Origin: an uncultured virus (IMG/VR IMGVR_UViG_3300028800_000079)
Lineage: Duplodnaviria; Heunggongvirae; Uroviricota; Caudoviricetes
Direction: 5' to 3' (one strand)
Length of the DNA: 64,000 nt
IMG/VR virus record: IMGVR_UViG_3300028800_000079
Shown here: positions 1-9,049 of the stretch, one piece after another
How positions within the stretch are numbered: the first letter of the stretch is position 1
Layout of the letters: each line of letters starts with the position of its first letter
Notes under the pieces: model-generated
Seen by the model: only the letters and a program-made list of their open reading frames with translations
What the model was told of the DNA's origin: nothing
Database searches by the model: none
Translations under genes and position numbers: made by a program

Positions 1-348
1 TTCGGGGCTATGTTGCGGAGACGGTCGAGAACGGCGGCTTGGAGGGGCTGTTCCCTTCGTGGGCGGACACGGTGGGGATGACGGTGAGCGTCGGCCAGGT
101 GGAGGCGTGAACTGCATCTGTCCGAACGGTGCCGAGGTCTACATCAACGCGGACTGCCCTGTTCACGGGGACGGGTTGACAGGCTGCACCTGCCAGTATC
201 GAGGGACAACGCCGAAGTGGTACGTCTCCGTCAAGACGTGCCCCGTTCACGCTGCCGAGTACGCGCCCAGTGAAGCGCCCGAGTGGGCCGAGACGATGTG
301 CGGGGAGGGCGGCGCGGAAGTGTGGCGCGACAGGCAGAGGCTCGCTCA

Positions 349-687
349 GTGAAGCGTTCTCCGCTCCGTTCGGTGTCTCGGAAGCAGTCCGCGCGTCGTC
401 GTGAGCGGACGGCCGGGACGGTGGCGCTACGCGCCGCGTGGATTGCGGGCAAGCCACAGGGCTGCGACGGCCACCATATCATTCCTCGCGCGTGGCTGCG
501 CAAGGAAGGCTTCGGGGAGGACGTGGTGTGGGACGTACGGAACCGAGTCTGGCTGGAGCGCCACAGGCACGAGCAAGTCACGTCGCACCACAAGCCGCTG
601 ACGCGGGCGGAGCTGCCTGCTGCGGTGTTCGAGTTCGCTGCGGAGTACGGGCTGACGTGGAAGCTGGAGCGGGAGTGTCCGGAGTGA
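349..687 (+). CDS. Small HNH-like endonuclease
   Basis: GTG start overlapping the upstream stop; KRSPLR N-terminus; CDGHHIIPR...NRVWL..HRHEQ HNH-like pattern. Confidence 0.55.
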   Translation: MKRSPLRSVSRKQSARRRERTAGTVALRAAWIAGKPQGCDGHHIIPRAWLRKEGFGEDVVWDVRNRVWLERHRHEQVTSHHKPLTRAELPAAVFEFAAEYGLTWKLERECPE

Positions 688-1011
688 GCGTCGTCTACGT
701 GTACGCGTGGGCGAACAACCCGCGCCGCGCTGCACTTCGAGGACGCCGCTGTGTGCTGGAAGCGGTCGGGGCGATGGGGACGGTCCTCATTCGGTTCTTG
801 GATACGGGCGAGCGCGTAACGACGAGCAGGCGCGCACTCCGAAGGGTGGCGGTGTGAAGCGTGTGGGCGACTACGGCGCGTTCCCCCGCGTTTGCTTCTT
901 CTGCAACGGCAAGCTGTCGTTGACGCGTTCTCCTGTGGCGTTGTGGCTGGAGACGCTGGAGCCGTCGGGCGAGAAGCGGTCGTGGCATTTCTCGTGCAGA
1001 CTGGTGGCGTG

Positions 1012-1650
1012 ATGGCGGCGCGGGTGTGGGAGGGCGCGGCTGGGTTGCGCCGGTCGCTTGTCCCGATCGAGACTCTGGAACCGTTCGTCGGCAACCCGAG
1101 AGTCGGTGATGTGGCTGTGCTCAGGGAGTCTTTGCGCCGGTTCGGGCAGGTTCGCCCCGTGCTTGTGGACGGCACACAGCTCGTCGCCGGGCATCACTTG
1201 GTCAGGGCTGCCTCGGAGGAAGGGTGGACACACGTCGCGGTGAGCCAGCACACCTTCCGGGACGAGGACGAACGCAGGGCTTACGTCCTGACAGACAACC
1301 GCAGCTCGGACCTCGGCTCATACGATGAACAGCTCCTGGTGGAACAGTTGCGAGCGCTCGCCGAGATGGACGACGGACTCGCCGGGACCGGCTACGACAG
1401 CGGCGACCTGGACGCACTCCTCGCGTCGTTGCGGGAACTGGACGTTGCGCCTCCGGTGATCGGCGCGGACGGCGGCCAGCGCGAACACCGCGACCCGTCC
1501 ATCCGCGAGGTGGTCCTGTTGTTCAACCCGGAGCAGTTTGCGCAGATCGAGGTGTGGCTCGGGATCGTGGCTCGCGAGTCCGGGACCGAGGGAACGTCGG
1601 AGACGGTGTTTCAGGGGATGCGGATCGCGGCGCAACAGTTGAATGGCTGA
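1012..1650 (+). CDS. ParB/Srx-like N-terminal domain protein
   Basis: NPR...LRESLRRFGQVRPVLVD...LVAGHH...AYVLTDNR is the ParBc pattern commonly found next to phage methyltransferases; no clear HTH. Confidence 0.8.
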   Translation: MAARVWEGAAGLRRSLVPIETLEPFVGNPRVGDVAVLRESLRRFGQVRPVLVDGTQLVAGHHLVRAASEEGWTHVAVSQHTFRDEDERRAYVLTDNRSSDLGSYDEQLLVEQLRALAEMDDGLAGTGYDSGDLDALLASLRELDVAPPVIGADGGQREHRDPSIREVVLLFNPEQFAQIEVWLGIVARESGTEGTSETVFQGMRIAAQQLNG

Positions 1651-3730
1651 CTGGTCCGCACGGCTCTACCACGCCGACTGTCTCGACGTGATGCGCAGCA
1701 TGGAAGACGCATCCGTCGATGCAGTCGTAACGGATCCGCCATACCTCATCGGCTTCATGGGCAGGGAGTTCGATGAGCAGGGTGGAGCGCACCGCGACCC
1801 GCGACGAGCGCAGGAGTGGCATGAGACGTGGGCGCGGGAGGCACTGCGGGTGTTGAAGCCTGGCGGGCACTTGCTCGCGTTCGGCGGGACACGGACGTAC
1901 CACCGGATGGCCGTTGCCATCGAGGACGCGGGGTTCGAGGTGCGCGACTCGCTCCACTACATCTACGGGAGCGGGTTCCCGAAGTCGCTGGACGTGAGCA
2001 AGGCGATAGACAAGGCGCTCGGGGCGGAACGGACAGAAGTGGTCGGCCACAAAGACTCGGGCCTCGACAAAGGCAGCGGGAACTCCGTGGACTTCGGTGA
2101 GGCGAACGGCCGCGACGAGACAGGGCTGATCCCGATTACGCTCCCTGCTACTGCTACTGCTACTGCTTGGGCTGGGTGGCACAGCGCGTTGAAGCCAGCC
2201 CACGAACCAGTTACGTACGCTACGAAACATTTGACAGCGGTTCCACTCGGGGCTACACTGAACGAGACATGCCTGCTGATGGAATCTCTCCTCTGGTGGC
2301 TCGCACCTGCGAAGTTTGTGGAGTCAGTTTCAACATCAAGCAGAGTCGAGCGCGGCGCGGACCAGTCAGGTTCTGTTCGATGGCTTGCCGCCGCGTTGTC
2401 TACGGCCAAGTCCGAACCGTGGTCAGAAATGATGGCTACGTTCAAATCACAGGAAACGGCCTTAACGTACTTGAGCATCGCCTTGTCATGGAACGCACTC
2501 TCGGACGCTCTCTTGAATCTTGGGAGCACGTCCACCACCGCAACGGGAACCGATCTGACAATCGCATTGAGAACCTTGAACTCCTCGCTATCGGCGATCA
2601 CACCCGAAGGCATCACAAGGGCCGCGTGGACTCAAAATGGATTGTGGTCGAATGCCAGGGATGCAGCCGAGAGTTTGAACGCCTCGCCTCTGTTGTGGCC
2701 CTCCATCCCAACGCCTACTGTTCCCGCGAGTGCCTGGATGCAGTATGGGCGCGTGGCTCTGAGCGGTCTTGTGACCATTGCGGAACTTCTTTCGCCGCTC
2801 CTCCAAGTCACGGACGTCGCTACTGCTCTGTCACTTGCTCAAACAGAGCCAACAATGCTAAGCGAAGAGTTGGGGAGCGTACATGCGAGTGCTGCGGCCA
2901 GTCCTTTGTTGCGGGACGACGAGCAGCCCGGTTTTGTTCCTTGCGTTGTGCTGGACTCAAACGCTAGAACCTCAGCGCATGAACCCGTGGTGCTCGCCCG
3001 GAAAACCTTTGGCGGCACGGTGGCTGAGAACGTGATGGAGCACGGCACCGGGGCGCTGAACATCGCGGCTACGCGGATAGGCACTGAGGGTGGTACCAAG
3101 AGCGGGCCGCTAAACGATAACTGGCGAGCAGCAGGGACGAATGAGCGGCCATCCGTGGTTGATATCGAGACGCTGGATGACGGGCGTTACCCGTCGAATG
3201 TGCTGCTCGCGCATCTGCCTGAGTGTGAGGGGAGCGGCCCGGCGCACACGGAGGTTCTGTGCGTCGCCGGTTGTCCAGTCAAGGAACTAAACGAGATGAG
3301 TGGTGAGTCGTCGTCGTCGTCGGGCCTTCTTACGAGCAAGCCTGGAGCGATCTACGGAGCCGGGAAGGGGATATACGGCTTCGATGATTCCGGTGGCGCA
3401 GCCCGGTTCTTTTACATCGCGAAGCCCAGGAAGCGAGAACGGATCGGAGGCCACACCCGGAACCTGCACCCGACCGTGAAGCCGATCGACCTTATGCGGT
3501 ATCTCGTCCGACTCGTCACCCCGCTGAACGGGCCGGACGGCCCTGGTGTCGTACTCGATCCTTTCGCTGGCAGCGGTTCGACGGGTTGCGCTGCGATGGT
3601 GGAGGGGTTCCGGTTTGTCGGGGTGGAGATGGAGGAGGAATCCTTCGAGACGATGGTGGCTCGCGTCTCGGACTACGCTTTCGTGAACGGGCGGGCGAAG
3701 CCGGAGCGATGCTCGGTCACGCCCGCGTGA
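1643..3730 (+). CDS. Site-specific DNA methyltransferase (N4-C/N6-A, beta class) carrying a ~259-codon in-frame insert
   Basis: DCLDVM, VTDPPY, GSGFPKS, LKPAHEP, HPTVKP and VLDPFAGSGSTG motifs; insert lies between two AHEPV copies at 2198 and 2975. Confidence 0.9.
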   Translation: MADWSARLYHADCLDVMRSMEDASVDAVVTDPPYLIGFMGREFDEQGGAHRDPRRAQEWHETWAREALRVLKPGGHLLAFGGTRTYHRMAVAIEDAGFEVRDSLHYIYGSGFPKSLDVSKAIDKALGAERTEVVGHKDSGLDKGSGNSVDFGEANGRDETGLIPITLPATATATAWAGWHSALKPAHEPVTYATKHLTAVPLGATLNETCLLMESLLWWLAPAKFVESVSTSSRVERGADQSGSVRWLAAALSTAKSEPWSEMMATFKSQETALTYLSIALSWNALSDALLNLGSTSTTATGTDLTIALRTLNSSLSAITPEGITRAAWTQNGLWSNARDAAESLNASPLLWPSIPTPTVPASAWMQYGRVALSGLVTIAELLSPLLQVTDVATALSLAQTEPTMLSEELGSVHASAAASPLLRDDEQPGFVPCVVLDSNARTSAHEPVVLARKTFGGTVAENVMEHGTGALNIAATRIGTEGGTKSGPLNDNWRAAGTNERPSVVDIETLDDGRYPSNVLLAHLPECEGSGPAHTEVLCVAGCPVKELNEMSGESSSSSGLLTSKPGAIYGAGKGIYGFDDSGGAARFFYIAKPRKRERIGGHTRNLHPTVKPIDLMRYLVRLVTPLNGPDGPGVVLDPFAGSGSTGCAAMVEGFRFVGVEMEEESFETMVARVSDYAFVNGRAKPERCSVTPA
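2231..2259 (+). promoter_or_regulatory. Sigma-A-type promoter inside the methyltransferase insert, upstream of the nested HNH
   Basis: TTGACA (2231-2236), 17-bp spacer, TACACT (2254-2259); ATG at 2269. Confidence 0.7.
2269..2967 (+). CDS. HNH homing endonuclease with Cys-rich zinc-binding repeats, nested in the -1 frame of the methyltransferase
   Basis: EHRLVME..LGR.L...EHVHHRNGNRSDNRIENLEL plus repeated CxxC...FCSxxC units. Confidence 0.85.
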   Translation: MPADGISPLVARTCEVCGVSFNIKQSRARRGPVRFCSMACRRVVYGQVRTVVRNDGYVQITGNGLNVLEHRLVMERTLGRSLESWEHVHHRNGNRSDNRIENLELLAIGDHTRRHHKGRVDSKWIVVECQGCSREFERLASVVALHPNAYCSRECLDAVWARGSERSCDHCGTSFAAPPSHGRRYCSVTCSNRANNAKRRVGERTCECCGQSFVAGRRAARFCSLRCAGLKR

Positions 3731-3791
3731 GTAACCCTCTAGTTGAGGTTTACCGTCCGATGCTGTCGTCTACACTTTCCACAGATGCGCT

Positions 3792-4139
3792 GTGGACACG
3801 AATCTGTATTCGACATCGCGTTGGCGCGACACCCGGCTGCGGGTCCTTGACCGCGACCGGCACCGCTGCCTGGTAGGCAGGCTTCTCGGCACGCCCTGCT
3901 CCGGTCTGCTCGACGCGCATCATGTGATCCCGGTTGGCGAGTGCGAGGATCCGTTCGACACTGAGAACCTCGTCTGTCTCTGTCACGGCCACCATCCGTA
4001 TATCGAGTCGTTGCGTCGCCGGGAGACGGTTCGGCGCGGCCTCGCGACGCCGGTCTGCCGTCATCAGCACAGGACGTTGGAGGCGCGGCTGCTTTGTTCG
4101 GCGCGGCAGGCGCGGCAGCGTGACCGGGTGGCTGCTTGA
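3792..4139 (+). CDS. HNH endonuclease (small, terminase-proximal type)
   Basis: RWRDTRLRVLDRDRHRC...DAHHVIP...NLVCLCHGHH. Confidence 0.8.
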   Translation: MDTNLYSTSRWRDTRLRVLDRDRHRCLVGRLLGTPCSGLLDAHHVIPVGECEDPFDTENLVCLCHGHHPYIESLRRRETVRRGLATPVCRHQHRTLEARLLCSARQARQRDRVAA

Positions 4140-4164
4140 CACCGTAGCTAGCCTGCTATACGAT
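4136..4164 (+). promoter_or_regulatory. Sigma-A-type promoter, leaderless
   Basis: TTGACA-17-TACGAT; ATG 7 nt downstream at 4172. Confidence 0.75.
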
Positions 4165-4171
4165 TCGGGCT

Positions 4172-4432
4172 ATGGTAGACACGCGAACATGGCGGATCCT
4201 CGAAACAGAGGACGACGTAACGCCCGAGATGGAGAAAGAGATCGAGGAGTGCCTCGACTACTTCCATGACCGGAGGACGCTTCCTACCGAGGAGTTCATC
4301 GACACGTTCTGCAAGGGATGGGGCGGCAGCGGCTACAGCCCGACTGACTGGGATCTCGACTCCTACATCAACCCTGCGGCGAAGAAGATCATGCGGATCG
4401 CTCGGCGGCTGAAGCGCGAGGAAGACGCGTGA
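4172..4432 (+). CDS. Hypothetical protein
   Basis: Follows a consensus promoter; stop overlaps the next start (GTGA). Confidence 0.6.
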   Translation: MVDTRTWRILETEDDVTPEMEKEIEECLDYFHDRRTLPTEEFIDTFCKGWGGSGYSPTDWDLDSYINPAAKKIMRIARRLKREEDA

Positions 4433-5619
4433 GTGTCGAAAGCGTCGAACGGGCTCGCCTCCTCTTGGAGCGCATGGATGGTACGGCTTCGCCTGAGGAG
4501 TTGAACAAGGTCGGGACGGAGCTTGGCGCGCTGATGCACGGCGACCCGGACGTGGTGCGTTTCATGGACGAGTCCTACGACGAGCTGTGCGCACGGTTCG
4601 ATGACGCCCGTATCCGGTTGGCGGGGGTGGTGGCGAAGGGCGCGGCGATTTCGCTGATCGCGAACGCGGCAGGTTTCGCGCGCATCGTCCCTCCCAAGCC
4701 GCACCCCGAGTTCGCGGCTGGCGGCCCGGCGTCCGAGGTGGCGCTGGCTGCCCTGCATTTCCTCCGTAACGCGAGCGACGTGGTGCCGCTCCGCCCCGAA
4801 CAGATCGAGGAAGCGTTGGAGGAGTCGGAGTCCGACCCGGACTTCGCGGACTACCAGCAGGTGTTCGCGGCCACGGTCGGGCATCTCTCAACAGCGTCCT
4901 ACTACCTCCTTGACGCGCACGACGTTCATGCCGCGTTGGAGTCGGAGCCGCCCGTCCAGGAGACGTTCCCGCCGCTCCCGTTCCCGCGCATCTGGATCGA
5001 GATGGCGCACCTGCAACCGTACCTCCGCTTCGAGTGGGATACGGGCGACGAGGAGGGAGGCAGGCTTCGTGTTCTGGATGTGCTCGGGGTCGGGATCGCG
5101 GAGATCGAGCAGGGGTCGGTGTGGGACGTGTTCGTGCCGTTCATGTTCGATGACCGCGCCGAGTTCTTCGTGATCGGGCAGCGGATCGCGCCCGGCCATG
5201 TGGTCGCGATGGACGGCGAGATGATGGAGGCGTCGTTCGTGCCGATCCGCAACCTCGCCGTCGGCGGGGTGCATCTGATCACGGCCCGCAATGTGCCGGT
5301 GGAGGATGTGGTGTTGCCGCGTCCGCAGCGGAAGCGGCTGTTGCGGGAGGGCGTGTTGCGGGCGCAGCCGCGCGTCTACTTCGTCAACCTCGCCGCGTCA
5401 GGCGAGCACGGAGCGTCCTATGGCGGCGGGCGCGAGTACCACTGCCGCTGGCTCGTCCGAGGCCACTGGCGGCACATCGACGGTGGACGGCGGTTCTGCA
5501 CCTGCTGTGATCCGCCGCAGATCGCGTCGTGGGTTGACCCGTACGTGAAGGGTCCTACGGGTGCGCCGTGGAAGGGCCGCCAGGTGCGCGTCCAGCACGT
5601 CCAGGAGGCGACGGCGTGA
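4429..5619 (+). CDS. Hypothetical phage protein with C-terminal WLVRGHWR motif
   Basis: Long ORF with genome-typical codon bias; RGHWR...WVDPYVKGP C-terminus recalls other phage hypothetical proteins. Confidence 0.7.
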   Translation: MSVESVERARLLLERMDGTASPEELNKVGTELGALMHGDPDVVRFMDESYDELCARFDDARIRLAGVVAKGAAISLIANAAGFARIVPPKPHPEFAAGGPASEVALAALHFLRNASDVVPLRPEQIEEALEESESDPDFADYQQVFAATVGHLSTASYYLLDAHDVHAALESEPPVQETFPPLPFPRIWIEMAHLQPYLRFEWDTGDEEGGRLRVLDVLGVGIAEIEQGSVWDVFVPFMFDDRAEFFVIGQRIAPGHVVAMDGEMMEASFVPIRNLAVGGVHLITARNVPVEDVVLPRPQRKRLLREGVLRAQPRVYFVNLAASGEHGASYGGGREYHCRWLVRGHWRHIDGGRRFCTCCDPPQIASWVDPYVKGPTGAPWKGRQVRVQHVQEATA

Positions 5620-5864
5620 CTGACTTCGAGGCTGAGATCGCGCGGATCGTGTTGTTCGCTCGCGTGTCGGAGCGGCTGTTCGCGGCGATGAGCGTGACGA
5701 AGTACGCGCTCGAATCGCTCAGGGACGTGGCAGCTCTGGACGGCGACCTGGGGCCGGAGGTTGGCGCGGCGGCGGATCATCTGTCGGGGGCGCATGACGC
5801 GTTGGGGCGCGCGTTCGTGTTCGCGCAGGCCCGCCTGGACACGAAGCCCATCACGCCGGAGTGA
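5616..5864 (+). CDS. Hypothetical protein
   Basis: GTGA-coupled start; stop codon lies within the 14-bp palindrome at 5851. Confidence 0.55.
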   Translation: MTDFEAEIARIVLFARVSERLFAAMSVTKYALESLRDVAALDGDLGPEVGAAADHLSGAHDALGRAFVFAQARLDTKPITPE

Positions 5865-5950
5865 ATCGCTACCCGATGTGTTGCAGATGCTCCGGTTTGC
5901 TCGGTGAGGGTTGCGCCCACACCCCAGGCAGGCTACTCTGCTAGACGAAC

Positions 5951-6355
5951 ATGGCTGCCGCTGAAAACAGCACCGAGAGCAGCACCCCGCGCGTTGTCGG
6001 CCGCCCCTTCGAGAAAGGCCGCTCCGGCAACCCCGGCGGACGCCCAAAAGGACTCGCCAAAGCCGTCCGGGATAGGCTAGACGAGGCCGCTCTCAAAGCC
6101 ACCGGGGAGCAGGGAGCGGGCGCGTCTGTCCTTGTCGGGTTCTGGGCCAGGGTGCTCGCGGACGAGAAGGAAGATACGGGGTTGCGGATGAAGGCGGCGC
6201 AGATGCTTGCGGAGCGCGGCTGGGGGAAGGCTCCGGCGTACGCGCCTGTCGAGGACGACGACCCGTTGGAGTTGTCGGAGCATGAGGCGACCGAGGTTGC
6301 TGCACAGTTTGACGCGAAGCTGGACGAGCTGGCCGAGCGGCGCAACGTGGCGTGA
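5951..6355 (+). CDS. Terminase small subunit-like (DUF5681-type)
   Basis: GRPFEKGRSGNPGGRPKG and ERGWGKA motifs; directly upstream of the large terminase. Confidence 0.75.
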   Translation: MAAAENSTESSTPRVVGRPFEKGRSGNPGGRPKGLAKAVRDRLDEAALKATGEQGAGASVLVGFWARVLADEKEDTGLRMKAAQMLAERGWGKAPAYAPVEDDDPLELSEHEATEVAAQFDAKLDELAERRNVA

Positions 6356-7848
6356 CGGTATATACGGAGTCTCCGCTTGAGCGGCTAGCCGCGCTTTCTC
6401 CAGGCGAGCGGCAGGCGCTGATCGAGGGCGAGGCTCGCAAGCACGGCCTCTCGTCGGATCAGTTGAAAGCGATGCTGATGCGGTCGTGGCGGTTCGTCGG
6501 TAGGCCGAAACAGCAGGCCCCGGAAGGTGCGTGGACGTTCTGGTTCGTACAGGCGGGCAGAGGATTCGGGAAGACGATCACTGCGGCGCAGTGGACGAAA
6601 GATCGCGCGTTGGAACGGAAGTGCCGTATCGCGCTTGTCGCGCCGACCCGTGACGATGTGCGGTTCACGATGTTCGAGGGCGAGACGGGGATCCTGTCGG
6701 TGATCCCGGCACACGCTTTCCTGGGCCAGTCACGCGAGTTCGCGTGGAACCGCTCCACGTTGGAACTGCGGCTTGCGAACGGGACGCTGCTGCGCGGGTT
6801 CTCGTCGGAGGAGCCGGGCCGGTTGCGCGGGCCGCAGCACCATTACGCGTGGGGTGAGGAGGTTTCGTCGTGGGATGACGCCCCGAAGGGGGACGTGCTC
6901 GACACGACGTTCAACAACATGAAACTCGGGCTGCGGCTCGGCGATTCTCCGCAGGCGGTTCTGACTTCGACGCCGCGCACGAACAAGCTGACGAAGGAGC
7001 TGATTGCTCTCTCGGGGGGGACGCTCGTCCGGGTGGTCGGGTCGTCGTACGAGAACCGGGCGAACCTGTCGGAGCAGTGGTGGCAGGACGTTGTCGCGCC
7101 GCTGGAAGGGACACGGGTCGGGCGGCAGGAGATCGAGGCGGAACTCCTGGAGGATGTGGAGGGAGCGTTGTGGTCGCGGACACTGATCGACTTGGGCCGG
7201 ATCGTGATGCCCGCCGGATGGCAGAGCGACGACGAGTTACGCGACGAGTGGACGCGGCGGATGCAACGGATCGTGGTTGCGGTTGATCCGAACGCGTCCG
7301 CGTCGGAGACTTCCGACAGCGCCGGGATCGTCGTCTGCGGGAAGGGCCACTCCGACCAGCACGGCTACACGCTCGATGACCGCACCGTCACTCGCGGCGG
7401 CCCGGCGGAGTGGTCGATCGCGGCCGTGAACGCCTACCACGATTGGAAGGCGGACCGGATCGTGGCCGAGAAGAACAACGGCGGCGACATGGTGCGCATG
7501 GTCATCAAGGCGGTAGATCCGTCCGTCCCGGTCAAGCTCGTGTCGGCGTCGCGAGGGAAACGGACGCGCGCGGAACCGATCGCGACCCTGTACGAGCGCA
7601 AGCAGGGCGACGTGCCCGCACCGGCCGTCCACCATGTAGGCGTGTTCCAGGACCTCGAAGACGAGATGACAACGTGGGCGGGCGAGGCGGACTCGCCGGA
7701 CCGCATGGACGCACTCGTCTGGGGGATGACCGACCTGGAGATTTGGAAGCCACGCGCGTCGGGCCGCCGGTCGAGTGTTCCGCGCGGCCAGATCCCGTCG
7801 ATCGATCCGCGCACCGGCATGACCGTGAGTCGGCCCCGCGTCTACTGA
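6352..7848 (+). CDS. terL: Terminase large subunit
   Basis: Walker A AGRGFGKT, LRGPQHH..W.EE, TSTPR, VAVDP, AEKNNGG and SPDRMDALVW nuclease motifs. Confidence 0.95.
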   Translation: MTVYTESPLERLAALSPGERQALIEGEARKHGLSSDQLKAMLMRSWRFVGRPKQQAPEGAWTFWFVQAGRGFGKTITAAQWTKDRALERKCRIALVAPTRDDVRFTMFEGETGILSVIPAHAFLGQSREFAWNRSTLELRLANGTLLRGFSSEEPGRLRGPQHHYAWGEEVSSWDDAPKGDVLDTTFNNMKLGLRLGDSPQAVLTSTPRTNKLTKELIALSGGTLVRVVGSSYENRANLSEQWWQDVVAPLEGTRVGRQEIEAELLEDVEGALWSRTLIDLGRIVMPAGWQSDDELRDEWTRRMQRIVVAVDPNASASETSDSAGIVVCGKGHSDQHGYTLDDRTVTRGGPAEWSIAAVNAYHDWKADRIVAEKNNGGDMVRMVIKAVDPSVPVKLVSASRGKRTRAEPIATLYERKQGDVPAPAVHHVGVFQDLEDEMTTWAGEADSPDRMDALVWGMTDLEIWKPRASGRRSSVPRGQIPSIDPRTGMTVSRPRVY

Positions 7849-7881
7849 GTCCTCGTCCATGTAGCGGAGTAAACTAGGGGT

Positions 7882-8502
7882 GTGACGAAACTCGAAGGCG
7901 GCTGCAAGCAACACGGCCTGCTCGGATGCAAGGTCTGCAACCCGCCGAAGCAGACCGTCCCGGTTGTCGCTTCGCCGCCGCGTCCAACGGTCGAGATCGT
8001 AGAAGACGCGCCGCTCACGCCTGCTGAGGTGGAGCAGCTTGGACGGCTAGAGGCGACGGTCGAGAAGGGCGCGACGGTGTTCCGCGAGGTGGCGGATGCG
8101 CTCATGGGGATCCGAGACGGCCGACTCTACCGGCAGGACTTCCCATCGTTCGAGGCGTACTGCAAGGCTCGATGGGCGATGTCGGGTTCGCGTGCCCGCC
8201 AGATGATCGCGGCGGCTGAGACGATCGCGGCCGTTGAAAGTGTTACCACGGTAACACTCCCGAACGAGCGTCAGGCCCGCGAGCTTGCCCCGATCCGGGA
8301 CAACCCCGAGGCCATCGCCGCCGTGATCGAGGCGACCGGCGGGAAAGTCACGACCGCGAAGGCGCTCCATGAAGCGGTGAGCGAGCACGTCGAGCGTGAG
8401 CCGTCCAAGTGGGTGCGCGTGCTCCGCTCGGACGTGGAGGCGCTGCTCGGCGGGACCGCGGACGCGGAGACGATGGCCCGCGTCAAGGACGCACTCGCGT
8501 GA
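7882..8502 (+). CDS. Hypothetical protein, possibly DNA-binding
   Basis: IRDGRLYR..F.SFEAYC..RW and NERQAREL pattern seen in phage proteins. Confidence 0.6.
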   Translation: MTKLEGGCKQHGLLGCKVCNPPKQTVPVVASPPRPTVEIVEDAPLTPAEVEQLGRLEATVEKGATVFREVADALMGIRDGRLYRQDFPSFEAYCKARWAMSGSRARQMIAAAETIAAVESVTTVTLPNERQARELAPIRDNPEAIAAVIEATGGKVTTAKALHEAVSEHVEREPSKWVRVLRSDVEALLGGTADAETMARVKDALA

Positions 8503-8813
8503 CCGCTTCGGCGTGGGGTCTGTTCTTCCGCTGGCCCGACGGCGGCGTCTGGTCCAACATGGTCGCGAGCATTCTGTGGACTGCGCCCGCCTGGATCATG
8601 GCGACGTTCGCGTGGCGGCGGCGGAAGTGCGCGGCGGCCTGGTTTTGTCACCGGCTCGGTCAGCACGAAGTCGCTGGTACCACTTCTAAGGTGTGTACGA
8701 CGCATCACACGCTCGCCCATCACGAGGCTGTCCACTCGAAACACGGTCCGGCGCACAGGGCGTCGGGGCGGCTCGGGTTCGGGGAGTCCCACAACCGCGT
8801 CACGCCGGAGTGA
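8499..8813 (+). CDS. Small membrane protein
   Basis: GTGA-coupled start; WPDGGVWSNMVASILW hydrophobic stretch; stop within the palindrome at 8800. Confidence 0.5.
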   Translation: MTASAWGLFFRWPDGGVWSNMVASILWTAPAWIMATFAWRRRKCAAAWFCHRLGQHEVAGTTSKVCTTHHTLAHHEAVHSKHGPAHRASGRLGFGESHNRVTPE

Positions 8814-9013
8814 ATCGGTACGCGATGGATCGCCGGTATCGGCGCAGGCTGTTCCACCGGGACGGGTGGCCTATCCGGAAACACGGCGGCCCGTTTCGGT
8901 GCTGGTGGCTCACCCGGTGCGGCTACGTGTGGAGGGCGGATCTTCCTGACGGGTCTGCGCACTGGTGCGGCTTCGATGGGCGGAATGGTGCGCGTCCGTG
9001 CGGGTGCTAACCC

Positions 9014-9042
9014 TTGACGCCCGTATAGCAGGCTGCTAGGGT
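9014..9042 (+). promoter_or_regulatory. Sigma-A-type promoter, leaderless
   Basis: TTGACG-17-TAGGGT; GTG at 9050; spacer contains CGTATAGCAGGCTGC. Confidence 0.7.
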
Positions 9043-9049
9043 GGGTGGC

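Noticed and set aside
1012..1650. ParB-like gene as the binder of the palindromes (parS system)
   Set aside because: No evident HTH domain and no parA in the window; cannot be supported.
2213..2974. Intein in the methyltransferase (and in the protease)
   Set aside because: No N-terminal C/S block or C-terminal HN-C/S/T, and the nuclease is in another frame.
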